The notes under the pieces: model-generated
What the model was told of the DNA's origin: nothing
The model's database searches: none
What the model saw: the letters and a program-made list of their open reading frames with translations, nothing else
DNA from: Eledone cirrhosa
Lineage: Eukaryota
Direction of reading: 5' to 3'
Assembly (NCBI GenBank): GCA_964016885.1
Contig: OZ024742.1
Location: 357,616,001 to 357,680,000, forward strand
Length of the DNA: 64,000 bases
Program-made: the position numbers and the translations under genes
Shown: piece after piece, positions 23,755 through 37,679 of the stretch
How the letters are laid out: each line of letters opens with the position of its first letter
Position numbering within the stretch: the first letter of the stretch is position 1

Positions 23755-25845
23755 ATCATCGTTATGATTTTATGGCCACTGTCCCACACTAGCATGGTTT
23801 AGAGAGGTCCTTCTGAGTACGGCATCTCTGCACTTATTGCGTTCATTTGTCATCTCCTCTGTCAGCTTCAGTGATTTTAGATCATTTTTCACCACTTCCA
23901 TCCAGTACTTCTTTGGTCTTCCCCTGCTGCAGCTTCCTTCCACAGAGATTGCTTTCTCTTCTTCACCCACCGATCATCATCCATGCACATCACATGTCCA
24001 CACTAAAGCTGTCTCCTCTCTTACACACTACATTTGATTCTTCTAGCTGTTCACTCATATTGTACATCTATTATAACTTCATTTCTCTCCAGCCTACACA
24101 TATCCTCTTCCTTCACTGCCCACGTCCCACTACAATGCAGCAACACATTTCACATAAAGGCATCATGCAGCTGACCTTATATTCATAGGGAGAAACCTTT
24201 TGTAGCTAACAAAGCTAGCAGTTACCTAAACGTTGTCCACCTTGACCTTACTGTAGCTACGATAATCTCAGAGCACCCTCATCCAATGTTAATTATATCA
24301 CCTATGAGGCAGAAGTTATCAAACACTTCTATGGATCCTTCCTGGGATTGGAAAAGGTTTATATTATTTATTTTATTATTATTATTAGCACACTTATAAT
24401 CAACTGACCCTGAACATATACTACATATAAATTCACCCTTTCTTGTTAGTCTGTCTATTATCCCACTACACGTCTTATATACCCAAGATTTGCATTGTGT
24501 ACATCATATAGAGTTTATGCCTACTCCTTTTTTACATATTGAGCAAGGCTACTTCCCTGATGAGGTTGGAGCCCTATCTTCATTCCTAAATAATTAACAT
24601 TTTTGTTTTTGCTAAGTTTACTCTAAGCTAGTCATGGGCAACCTGCACCCGCGAAGCTTTCTGAATGACTCGCCTAAATCACCTAAGTGAAATCTTTCTG
24701 ATTTTTTTACCCCAACTTTTTCAGTTGTAATTTATCTTTCTATAATTTTTACAATCGAGGAAAACAACGTGTACGAATTCTGAAGAAACAAATCCAAAAC
24801 AACCTGAGTTACAGCCCTTGTTTTTAATGTGGGCATGGATATAAATTAGTGCTTACGGCCCGCCTGATGATGAGCCATATCTCATGCGGCCTGCTTCTCG
24901 AAAAAGGTTGCCCATGCCTGCTCTAAGCTCTTTAACTTTACATTTTGTTTCCACAGCCATAATTTATTTTCTAGTTCTTCCACAGATTCAGCTATGAAGA
25001 CCAAATTATTGGCATACATAAGTTTCATGGGCAACTAGGTTATGAATACTCTGTTATGGCCTGAGGAGTAGGATAAACAGAAATGGGCTAAGAACTGAAC
25101 CCTGATGCACATCTACCTGTACCTTAAATTCCTCACTAAACTCACTTCCTATTCTCTCTGAACTTGCAGCTCCTCTGTACGTGGCTTGCACTGCTCTAAC
25201 AATCCACTCTTCTACAACTAGTTTCCTTAAAGTCCCTAAGATGAATAATCGAGGTGCTCTGTCAAAGGATTTTTCTAGATTAACAAAAGCTAGATATAGA
25301 GGTCTTACTAAAAGGAGGGCATGTGTGATGCTTCTCCCCGACATGAAACCAAGCTGCATCTCATCTAATTTGACTTTTTACTTAATTAGTATGACAGAAC
25401 ACTCTGTCATTTTCATAACTTGTCAGTTTTATTCCCCTGTAGTTGCTCCCTTCTAGCTACTAATGATTGTACTGTACTGCTATGTCAGTCAGTGGGTATG
25501 GCCCAGTCCTGTATTATTTGATTGACTCTGTGGGTGACAAGTTCAACTCCTACTTATCCTGATGCTTTTAGCATCTCAGCAACTATCTCAGATTGTCCCA
25601 TGGCTTTACTATCTTTCATCTCCTTGATTGCATCTTTGAGCCTATAACTGTCAATTTCAATAGCTGGTCCCTCTATTGGTTTAAGATGAGTGTAGTCCCC
25701 CTTTCTCCCATTCATTCTCTAAATTCATTAATTTCTCATAGTAACATTTCCAGAGCTCTGTCTGATGAGTATCAGTGATATTAAGTACATCAGTGTCATT
25801 TCAAACACTTTAACCCAACAATATCCTGATTCACACTGACACACA
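23755..25845 (-). mobile_element. Old degraded RTE LINE, interrupted by a hAT MITE
   Basis: ORFs 25054-25359 (LAFVNLEKSFDR, VHQGSVLSP) and 23770-23970 (RGRPKKYW). Confidence 0.85.
24629..24920. mobile_element. hAT-type MITE with 8-bp TSD
   Basis: TIRs TAGTCATGGGCAACCT / AGGTTGCCCATGCCTG; TSD ctctaagc 24621-24628 and 24921-24928. Confidence 0.9.
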
Positions 25846-26657
25846 GAGCATAGAGAGTTCTTCAACTGGGACAATGACCAACTGCGTCTCTAGTGACAGT
25901 GCCATGAAAATGCACCTAGTACACCCAGCAAGGTGGTCAGTTGAAGAAAGAGCACCTCACATAGAAACCTTGCCTCAAATTTTTGAGATGACTCTCCTCA
26001 GTTGTGTTAATGACGCAGCAACCTCTCTAGTGCTGGTGATGTACACAATAGACACACCCAGTACCCACTATAAAGTGGTTGGCGATATGAAGGGCATCCA
26101 GCCATAGAAGGGTTGCCAAACAAAGAGTTGGGTGGACACTTGAGTGGTGTTAAAGATTTGACAATCTCTCAAGGGCTGTTGTCATGATAGAATACACTCA
26201 GCTGAATGTGGAACTCTATGTAAGTGAGATGTGGTTCCCTAACCTCAGCCCATCTGGGAGATCAATAACCCTGCTTCAGTACTGACTCAGTTTGTGTCAA
26301 CCCATCAGACCCTTGCTAGTGAACATTAACCCTTTAGCATTTAAACCAGTCAGAATTCTCTCACATATTTCTGTACAAACCAGCCACAACTGGCCACTCA
26401 TACTGATGTTAAGGTATTGTTCTCAAAATAAATAATATCAAAATCTCATAGGTTCGATATTATGTGAGTTAATTGTGTGAGGTAAAGCCTTTACTGTGAA
26501 AATACGATAGTATATATAGAGTAATGTAAATGTTAAAGGATTAAACTAGTGAGTCTAATTTGAATATAATTGCATGTGCTGACACCTTGGATTGATTAAT
26601 AAAACTTGATACACATTTATGATATATATAGTTTGTTCATTTTCTCGCCAACTTCAG

Positions 26658-27410
26658 ATTGGTTTTAGGAATCACAAAGCAAAACTATAGTCTCTTTTGT
26701 TTGTTTATTTGATGCATCTTCGAAGTAAACATTGCATTACATTTCAAATCTTGCTATATTGTGCATTATTAATGACTGAAATGCTTAAAATTGCAGAAAA
26801 TCGATATAGAGTAAGGAAACAAAACAGGTGAATTTCTTAATGATTCAGAACATCTGATAGACATATAGAAATAAAATAAAGAAAGAATTATAAAGAAAGA
26901 AATATAATAAAGAAAGAATTGAGACAAGACAGGGCATTAGCAGCATTATCTTATACAATTGTGGTGGCATACTTCTATGGAGCCATGTGCTATCATGTTA
27001 CACCCCAGATGTCTAAATATGTTTTAGATTAAAGTCTGATAGTAACGAATCTGTTAAAAGGCTAGAAACACAAGTGGTTTCAAAAGCAATTATTGGAAAA
27101 ATAGAATTAGTAGATAACATTGAATATTTGAAAACTAATATTTGCTGTGCAGATAAAGTGGTAGAACCAGCAAGAAATTGAGCAATTAAAGAACAAACTT
27201 GTGACAAAATAATCCACCATATATATTCCAGAGTAGAGAATGTCCACTATTCTAACAACAACATTATACCATCTGGAATTTTGCCATTAGTTCAAGATAC
27301 ACTGCTTGGTTCCAGAACAGATAGAATATTGATTGAGGTAAATATCTCTTCAGTATCCTGTTCATCTCTGTCTGGTTTGGCAATTGACCAGTGCTTAAAC
27401 AGCAGAATAG
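26658..27410 (+). other. Two candidate phase-compatible exons (26658-26827, 27028-27410) of an unidentified, possibly pseudogenised gene
   Basis: cttcag|...AG|gtgaat and ttttag|...AG|gtaata; the joined frame from ATG 26712 has one TGA (27179-27181) in about 165 codons. No recognisable domain. Confidence 0.3.
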
Positions 27411-27418
27411 GTAATAAG

Positions 27419-30400
27419 TATAATCCCAAGAAATACATTGAGATGGTAATGTAATCCCACATGGTTCATAGAAATGGTAATGTAATCCTACAAGGTTCAT
27501 AGAAATTGTAATGTAATCCCACATGGTTCATAGAAATGGTAATGTAATCCCACAAGGTTCATAGAAATGGTAATGTAATCCCACATGGTTCATAGAAATG
27601 GTAATGTAATCCCACAAGGTTCATAGAAATGGTAATGTAATCCCACATGGTTCATAGAAATGGTAATGTAATCCCACATGGTTCATAGAAATGGTAATGT
27701 AATCCCACAAGGTTCATAGAAATGGTAATGTAATCCCACATGGTTCATAGAAATGGTAATGTAATCCCACATGGTTCATAGAAATGGTAATGTAATCCCA
27801 CAAGGTTCATAGAAATGGTAATGTAATCCCACACGGTTCATAGAAATGGTAATGTAATCCCACAATGTTCATAGAAATTGTAATGTAATCCCACATGGTT
27901 CATAGAAATGGTAATGTAATCCCACACGGTTCATAGAAATGGTAATGTAATCCCACAATGTTCATAGAAATTGTAATTTAATCCCACATGGTTCATAGAA
28001 ATGGTAATGTAATCCCACAAGGTTCATAGAAATGGTAATGTAATCCCACATGGTTCATAGAAATGGTAATGTAATCCCACAAGGTTCATAGAAATTGTAA
28101 TGTAATCCCACATGGTTCATAGAAATGGTAATGTAATCCCACAAGGTTCATAGAAATGGTAATGTAATCCCACATGGTTCATAGAAATGGTAATGTAATC
28201 CCACAAGGTTCATAGAAATGGTAATGTAATCCCACAAGGTTCATAGAAATTGTAATGTAATCCCACATGGTTCATAGAAATGGTAATGTAATCCCACACG
28301 GTTCATAGAAATGGTAATGTAATCCCACATGGTTCATAGAAATGGTAATGTAATCCCACATGGTTCATAGAAATGGTAATGTAATCCCACATGGTTCATA
28401 GAAATGGTAATGTAATCCCACACGGTTCATAGAAATGGTAATGTAATCCCACATGGTTCATAGAAATGGTAATGTAATCCCACATGGTTCATAGAAATGG
28501 TAATGTAATCCCACATGGTTCATAGAAATGGTAATGTAATCCCACATGGTTCATAGAAATGGTAATGTAATCCCACACGGTTCATAGAAATGGTAATGTA
28601 ATCCCACATGGTTCATAGAAATGGTAATGTAATCCCACATGGTTCATAGAAATGGTAATGTAATCCCACACGGTTCATAGAAATGGTAATGTAATCCCAC
28701 ATGGTTCATAGAAATGGTAATGTAATCCCACATGGTTCATAGAAATGGTAATGTAATCCCACATGGTTCATAGAAATGGTAATGTAATCCCACATGGTTC
28801 ATAGAAATGGTAATGTAATCCCACACGGTTCATAGAAATGGTAATGTAATCCCACATGGTTCATAGAAATGGTAATGTAATCCCACATGGTTCATAGAAA
28901 TGGTAATGTAATCCCACATGGTTCATAGAAATGGTAATGTAATCCCACATGGTTCATAGAAATGGTAATGTAATCCCACATGGTTCATAGAAATGGTAAT
29001 GTAATCCCACACGGTTCATAGAAATGGTAATGTAATCCCACACGGTTCATAGAAATGGTAATGTAATCCCACAATGTTCATAGAAATGGTAATGTAATCC
29101 CACAATGTTCATAGAAATGGTAATGTAATCCCACAATGTTCATAGAAATGGTAATGTAATCTCACACGGTTCATAGAAATGGTAATGTAATCCCACAATG
29201 TTCATAGAAATGGTAATGTAATCCCACAATGTTCATAGAAATGGTAATGTAATCCCACAATGTTCATAGAAATGGTAATGTAATCCCACAATGTTCATAG
29301 AAATGGTAATGTAATCTCACACGGTTCATAGAAATGGTAATGTAATCCCACAATGTTCATAGAAATGGTAATGTAATCCCACAATGTTCATAGAAATGGT
29401 AATGTAATCCCACAATGTTCATAGAAATGGTAATGTAATCCCACAATTGTCATAGAAATGGTAATGTAATCCCACAATGTTCATAGAAATGGTAATGTAA
29501 TCTCACACGGTTCATAGAAATGGTAATGTAATCCCACAATGTTCATAGAAATGGTAATGTAATCCCACAATGTTCATAGAAATGGTAATGTAATCCCACA
29601 CGGTTCATAGAAATGGTAATGTAATCCCACAATGTTCATAGAAATGGTAATGTAATCCCACAATGTTCATAGAAATGGTAATGTAATCCCACACGGTTCA
29701 TAGAAATGGTAATGTAATCCCACAATGTTCATAGAAATGGTAATGTAATCCCACATGGTTCATAGAAATGGTAATGTAATCCCACAATGTTCATAGAAAT
29801 GGTAATGTAATCCCACAATGTTCATAGAAATGGTAATGTAATCCCACAATGTTCATAGAAATGGTAATGTAATCTCACACGGTTCATAGAAATGGTAATG
29901 TAATCCCACAATGTTCATAGAAATGGTAATGTAATCCCACAATGTTCATAGAAATGGTAATGTAATCCCACAATGTTCATAGAAATGGTAATGTAATCTC
30001 ACACGGTTCATAGAAATGGTAATGTAATCCCACAATGTTCATAGAAATGGTAATGTAATCCCACAATGTTCATAGAAATGGTAATGTAATCCCACAATGT
30101 TCATAGAAATGGTAATGTAATCCCACAATGTTCATAGAAATGGTAATGTAATCCCACAATGTTCATAGAAATGGTAATGTAATCTCACACGGTTCATAGA
30201 AATGGTAATGTAATCCCACAATGTTCATAGAAATGGTAATGTAATCCCACAATGTTCATAGAAATGGTAATGTAATCCCACACGGTTCATAGAAATGGTA
30301 ATGTAATCCCACAATGTTCATAGAAATGGTAATGTAATCCCACAATGTTCATAGAAATGGTAATGTAATCCCACACGGTTCATAGAAATGGTAATGTAAT

Positions 30401-33400
30401 CCCACAATGTTCATAGAAATGGTAATGTAATCCCACATGGTTCATAGAAATGGTAATGTAATCCCACAATGTTCATAGAAATGGTAATGTAATCCCACAA
30501 TGTTCATAGAAATGGTAATGTAATCCCACAATGTTCATAGAAATGGTAATGTAATCTCACACGGTTCATAGAAATGGTAATGTAATCCCACAATGTTCAT
30601 AGAAATGGTAATGTAATCCCACAATGTTCATAGAAATGGTAATGTAATCCCACAATGTTCATAGAAATGGTAATGTAATCTCACACGGTTCATAGAAATG
30701 GTAATGTAATCCCACAATGTTCATAGAAATGGTAATGTAATCCCACAATGTTCATAGAAATGGTAATGTAATCCCACAATGTTCATAGAAATGGTAATGT
30801 AATCTCACACGGTTCATAGAAATGGTAATGTAATCCCACAATATTCATAGAAATGGTAATGTAATCCCACAATGTTCATAGAAATGGTAATGTAATCCCA
30901 CACGGTTCATAGAAATGGTAATGTAATCCCACATGGTTCATAGAAATGGTAATGTAATCCCACACGGTTCATAGAAATGGTAATGTAATCCCACAATGTT
31001 CATAGAAATGGTAATGTAATCCCACAATGTTCATAGAAATGGTAATGTAATCCCACACGGTTCATAGAAATGGTAATGTAATCCCACATGGTTCATAGAA
31101 ATGGTAATGTAATCCCACACGGTTCATAGAAATGGTAATGTAATCCCACACGGTTCATAGAAATGGTAATGTAATCCCACACGGTTCATAGAAATGGTAA
31201 TGTAATCCCACATGGTTCATAGAAATGGTAATGTAATCCCACACGGTTCATAGAAATGGTAATGTAATCCCACACGGTTCATAGAAATGGTAATGTAATC
31301 CCACATGGTTCATAGAAATGGTAATGTAATCCCACACGGTTCATAGAAATGGTAATGTAATCCCACATGGTTCATAGAAATGGTAATGTAATCCCACACG
31401 GTTCATAGAAATGGTAATGTAATCCCACAATGTTCATAGAAATGGTAATGTAATCCCACAATGTTCATAGAAATGGTAATGTAATCCCACATGGTTCATA
31501 GAAATGGTAATGTAATCCCACATGGTTCATAGAAATGGTAATGTAATCCCACATGGTTCATAGAAATGGTAATGTAATCCTACAATGTTCATAGAAATGG
31601 TAATGTAATCCCACACGGTTCATAGAAATGGTAATGTAATCCCACAATGTTCATAGAAATGGTAATGTAATCCCACACGGTTCATAGAAATGGTAATGTA
31701 ATCCCACAATGTTCATAGAAATGGTAATGTAATCCCACATGGTTCATAGAAATGGTAATGTAATCCCACATGGTTCATAGAAATGGTAATGTAATCCCAC
31801 ATGGTTCATAGAAATGGTAATGTAATCCCACATGGTTCATAGAAATGGTAATGTAATCCCACACGGTTCATAGAAATGGTAATGTAATCCCACAATGTTC
31901 ATAGAAATGGTAATGTAATCCCACATGGTTCATAGAAATGGTAATGTAATCCCACATGGTTCATAGAAATGGTAATGTAATCCCACATGGTTCATAGAAA
32001 TGGTAATGTAATCCCACATGGTTCATAGAAATGGTAATGTAATCCCACATGGTTCATAGAAAAGGTAATGTAATCCCACATGGTTCATAGAAATGGTAAT
32101 GTAATCCCACATGGTTCATAGAAATGGTAATGTAATCCCACACGGTTCATAGAAATGGTAATGTAATCCCACACGGTTCATAGAAATGGTAATGTAATCC
32201 CACACGGTTCATAGAAATGGTAATGTAATCCCACAATGTTCATAGAAATGGTAATGTAATCCCACATGGTTCATAGAAATGGTAATGTAATCCCACACGG
32301 TTCATAGAAATGGTAATGTAATCCCACAATGTTCATAGAAATGGTAATGTAATCCCACATGGTTCATAGAAATGGTAATGTAATCCCACACGGTTCATAG
32401 AAATGGTAATGTAATCCCACAATGTTCATAGAAATGGTAATGTAATCCCACATGGTTCATAGAAATGGTAATGTAATCCCACATGGTTCATAGAAATGGT
32501 AATGTAATCCCACATGGTTCATAGAAATGGTAATGTAATCCCACATGGTTCATAGAAATGGTAATGTAATCCCACATGGTTCATAGAAATGGTAATGTAA
32601 TCCCACATGGTTCATAGAAATGGTAATGTAATCCCACATGGTTCATAGAAATGGTAATGTAATCCCACATGGTTCATAGAAATGGTAATGTAATCCCACA
32701 TGGTTCATAGAAATGGTAATGTAATCCCACAATGTTCATAGAAATGGTAATGTAATCCCACAATGTTCATAGAAATGGTAATGTAATCTCACACGGTTCA
32801 TAGAAATGGTAATGTAATCCCACAATGTTCATAGAAATGGTAATGTAATCCCACAAGGTTCATAGAAATGGTAATGTAATCCCACAATGTTCATAGAAAT
32901 GGTAATGTAATCCCACAATGTTCATAGAAATGGTAATGTAATCCCACATGGTTCATAGAAATGGTAATGTAATCCCACATGGTTCATAGAAATGGTAATG
33001 TAATCCCACATGGTTCATAGAAATGGTAATGTAATCCCACATGGTTCATAGAAATGGTAATGTAATCCCACAATGTTCATAGAAATGGTAATGTAATCCC
33101 ACAATGTTCATAGAAATGGTAATGTAATCTCACACGGTTCATAGAAATGGTAATGTAATCCCACAATGTTCATAGAAATGGTAATGTAATCCCACAAGGT
33201 TCATAGAAATGGTAATGTAATCCCACAATGTTCATAGAAATGGTAATGTAATCCCACAATGTTCATAGAAATGGTAATGTAATCCCACACGGTTCATAGA
33301 AATGGTAATGTAATCCCACAATGTTCATAGAAATGGTAATGTAATCCCACAATGTTCATAGAAATGGTAATGTAATCCCACACGGTTCATAGAAATGGTA

Positions 33401-35270
33401 ATGTAATCCCACAATGTTCATAGAAATGGTAATGTAATCTCACACGGTTCATAGAAATGGTAATGTAATCCTACAAGGTTCATAGAAATGGTAATGTAAT
33501 CCCACATGGTTCATAGAAATGGTAATGTAATCCCACACGGTTCATAGAAATGGTAATGTAATCCCACAATGTTCATAGAAATGGTAATGTAATCCCACAA
33601 TGTTCATAGAAATGGTAATGTAATCCCACAATGTTCATAGAAATGGTAATGTAATCCCACAAGGTTCATAGAAATGGTAATGTAATCCCACAATGTTCAT
33701 AGAAATGGTAATGTAATCCCACAATGTTCATAGAAATGGTAATGTAATCCCACAATGTTCATAGAAATGGTAATGTAATCCCACACGGTTCATAGAAATG
33801 GTAATGTAATCCCACAATGTTCATAGAAATGGTAATGTAATCTCACACGGTTCATAGAAATGGTAATGTAATCCTACAAGGTTCATAGAAATGGTAATGT
33901 AATCCCACAATGTTCATAGAAATGGTAATGTAATCCCACAATGTTCATAGAAATGGTAATGTAATCTCACACGGTTCATAGAAATGGTAATGTAATCCTA
34001 CAAGGTTCATAGAAATGGTAATGTAATCCCACAATGTTCATAGAAATGGTAATGTAATCCCACAATGTTCATAGAAATGGTAATGTAATCTCACACGGTT
34101 CATAGAAATGGTAATGTAATCCTACAAGGTTCATAGAAATGGTAATGTAATCCCACATGGTTCATAGAAATGGTAATGTAATCCCACACGGTTCATAGAA
34201 ATGGTAATGTAATCCCACAATGTTCATAGAAATGGTAATGTAATCCCACACGGTTCATAGAAATGGTAATGTAATCCCACATGGTTCATAGAAATGGTAA
34301 TGTAATCTCACACGGTTCATAGAAATGGTAATGTAATCCCACATGCTTCATAGAAATGGTAATGTAATCCCACATGGTTCATAGAAATGGTAATGTAATC
34401 CCACATGGTTCATAGAAATGGTAATGTAATCTCACACGGTTCATAGAAATGGTAATGTAATCCCACAATGTTCATAGAAATGGTAATGTAATCTCACACG
34501 GTTCATAGAAATGGTAATGTAATCCCACAATGTTCATAGAAATGGTAATGTAATCCCACAATGTTCATAGAAATGGTAATGTAATCCCACAAGGTTCATA
34601 GAAATGGTAATGTAATCTCACACGGTTCATAGAAATGGTAATGTAATCCCACAATGTTCATAGAAATGGTAATGTAATCCCACAAGGTTCATAGAAATGG
34701 TAATGTAATCCCACATGCTTCATAGAAATGGTAATGTAATCCCACAAGGTTCATAGAAATGGTAATGTAATCCCACAATGTTCATAGAAATGGTAATGTA
34801 ATCCCACAATGTTCATAGAAATGGTAATGTAATCCCACATGCTTCATAGAAATGGTAATGTAATCCCACAAGGTTCATAGAAATGGTAATGTAATCCCAC
34901 AATGTTCATAGAAATGGTAATGTAATCTCACACGGTTCATAGAAATGGTAATGTAATCCCACAATGTTCATAGAAATGGTAATGTAATCCCACATGCTTC
35001 ATAGAAATGGTAATGTAATCTCACACGGTTCATAGAAATGGTAATGTAATCCCACAAGGTTCATAGAAATGGTAATGTAATCCCACACGGTTCATAGAAA
35101 TGGTAATGTAATCCCACATGCTTCATAGAAATGGTAATGTAATCCCACATGGTTCATAGAAATGGTAATGTAATCCCACATGCTTCATAGAAATGGTAAT
35201 GTAATCCCACACGGTTCATAGAAATGGTATTATAATCCCAAGAAATCCATAGAAATGGTAATGTAATCCC
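27419..35270. repeat. 31-bp satellite, about 250 copies
   Basis: Unit CATAGAAATGGTAATGTAATCCCACA[TG/CG/AT/AG]GTT, uninterrupted for about 7.8 kb. Confidence 0.99.
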
Positions 35271-35582
35271 CAGTAGCACATGGATATTCTACAGTGGCAC
35301 TTGCCTGGAGCACAAATATCGGTCTCTACTATCAATGTCACTGCTACCCTTTAATCATTGCTAGTAAACTTACCAATGTTTGCAACTGGCTGGTCACTGA
35401 TCCACAGATTCAATTATTTTGTCCTGTCTTACTAATATACAAGCTCAAGTTAGTATATTACAATTTGTTAAGAAATCATCAAATCTAAATCTTATCAGCC
35501 TGACTTTCATCAATGTCCAGATTAATTGATAAACTCAGAATTAGGTTATTTTGCATGCTTATTAAATAGATTATGTGTTTAA

Positions 35583-35619
<37 letters not shown>

Positions 35620-35624
<5 letters not shown>

Positions 35625-36240
35625 GTGGTTAGACAACAGTTAGTTCATCATACTGAGAACAATTGTTTCACCTTAGCGGATCCTCAGCTCGTAATGGACA
35701 TGGTTATACGAACAGGAAGGACAACCGTACGAACGCGCATGCGCAGAAACGATCACTTCACACAGACAATACTAAATTGCGTGCAAGAGGTGTAAGGGAG
35801 ATAACTGCCAAAGCCCGAAAGTTTCTAGTTGATAAGAAAATTAGGATGTTGTTGTAATTCAATCTGGAGATTTGTAGTTATGTAAGAGGTGTTTCCAGAC
35901 GTGTAGACAACGTGTGAAGAATTCATTTCTCGTGTTTAGGCAATCACTATTGCGTAATCTCTTTAGAATATTTATTCGTTCATCAATACATAGTCCACAC
36001 AACGGATTGCCCCTTGCGTATGGCTTGGACTTAGTGATGGCTTTCCATTGAATGGAGAAGTCTATACTTGAGTCCTTGAGGGACCATACGTGGCTCGCGA
36101 GTTTCATAGATGAATGTCTGTCTGGGTAGCTAAAGGTCGACTGGTGGTTCAGGAAGCGTTCCTTAAATCGGCCCTCCGCCATACCCCCATATGATTTGAC
36201 CTCCTGTGGTTGATTTGGTCGGTTGGAAATGACCATAGTT
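35620..36240 (-). mobile_element. Penelope-like element 3' end (GIY-YIG endonuclease C-terminus + hammerhead)
   Basis: YGGMAEGRFKERFLNH...LASHVWSLK...CGLCIDE...LNTRNE...CLH. Confidence 0.88.
35651..35693 (-). ncRNA. Minimal type I hammerhead ribozyme downstream of a Penelope GIY-YIG ORF
   Basis: UACGAG-CUGAGGA-U(CC gcuaa GG)U-GAAACAAUUGUU^CUCAGUA; palindromic stem III ACAAUUGU; same strand as ORF 35859-36236. Confidence 0.8.
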
Positions 36241-36539
36241 TCATAAACTACAGCGGGTGTTTTCCATTGCTGTTGAAGAGGACAAGCTTCGGGCTTACGG
36301 CAAAAGCACCCTCACTACGGATATTACTTTCCAGTGTTCTACCACTATATACGTTACCAGCAACGGTCAGCAGATTATTCTCACTACGTAGAAGTTTGGC
36401 TTTTAGCAGATTCTTCTCACTACGTAGAAGTTTGGCTTTTAGCAGATTCTTCACCACCTGCGAGTTTGGCTTCCTACCCTGTGAGCGTTCTCTATATCCT
36501 CGTGTCCTACACAATTTTGTGTCTCATCAACGTCAGTAT

Positions 36540-37115
36540 GGATTTATACGTACTGGATTACTCCCTGAAGAACATTCACACTCCCTCCAACCATGTTTAC
36601 CAAAAGCTTCTCCTACAAAAAGCGGAACATGTCGTCAGACGCTTAAGATGGCGAGCCCTAGCTTTTGACGGCAAAATTACAGGCACCCATAACACCTTCA
36701 ACCTGAAATCGAGAGCCTACCCTCCTAAAGTAACTGAATTTTCTCCTTTCGGGGTGGACCTTCTTGACTTAGTCGCTAACATTTCCTTTCGCAAATACCC
36801 TAACACCTTCCAAACTAAATTTAGAAATGATATTAAGAAATGTAGGTCTTCTAATAACACTTATGTTCTTTCCGACAAAACTAATAATATTTACGAAGTC
36901 GACAACACCACTTTCCGCCACCTGGCTGATAACGCTATTACTTCTAAATATAAGAAAGCTAACCCTATGGCCTACCACGACATTAATACAGAAGCCAAAG
37001 AACTTGCCGCCTTAAGGTAGATAAGAAGCTACAATCTCTAGCTAAGCGGGAGGCGTTCCTTACCCTGAAAGATCACAAGGTAGACTTTACTTGTAACCCC
37101 ACATGTGGACTAATA
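36540..37115 (+). mobile_element. Penelope-like element N-terminal ORF region, opposite orientation to the adjacent GIY-YIG
   Basis: DYSLKNI...RRLRWRA...DKTNNIY...ITSKYKK; after a stop continues [19 protein letters not shown], typical of the start of PLE RT. Confidence 0.8.
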
Positions 37116-37196
37116 GTATAATAAACCTTTCAAGGATTTACACCAGTCCTGCCTCCTGTTATTTTATTTATAATTAACTCCGTATTCGCACCACCA

Positions 37197-37388
37197 AGGC
37201 GGTGGATTGGCAGTATCGGTAGAGGATCGGATGCCATGCTTTGAAGCATAGAGTTACCTCCCTGTATGATCTGAGTTCAAATCCCGCCGAGGTTAACTTT
37301 GCCTTTCATCTTTCCGGGGTCGATAGAATAAAGTACCAGTAATCCATTGGGTAATTGCTGGCCTTGTGCTAAAAGTAGAAACAATTAT
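37197..37388 (+). mobile_element. SINE family A
   Basis: Same body. Confidence 0.88.
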
Positions 37389-37444
37389 ACTATGATCATT
37401 TCAATGACCGAGTTCCATATGAATCCGGTGATATCATCAGGTAT
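37387..37444 (-). ncRNA. Type I hammerhead ribozyme motif
   Basis: AUAC-CUGAUGA-UAUCACCG...CGGUCAUU-GAAAUGAUCAUA^GUAU; stem I AUAC/GUAU, palindromic stem III AUGAUCAU. Confidence 0.78.
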
Positions 37445-37679
37445 TGGAATATAACAAAGGAATATGTAAAAAAACCATGGGTCGAAAAATCAGAGACAGA
37501 GACAAAGAGGACGACTGACCAACTAACTGCCTTCACCTCGGCCAGTCGCCCTCAAAGTAATGGCAGCTGAATCTACTAATGACCATCTGGTGAAGGGGTT
37601 TATAATGCACTACCACCTCTCCGTCAAAGAAAAAAGGGAAGAAAGAAACGAAGAAAGAAGAAAAAAAAATTTATATATA

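Noticed and set aside
27419-35270. CRISPR-like array (31-bp repeat length)
   Set aside because: No unique spacers, units are directly adjacent, no cas genes, eukaryotic context.
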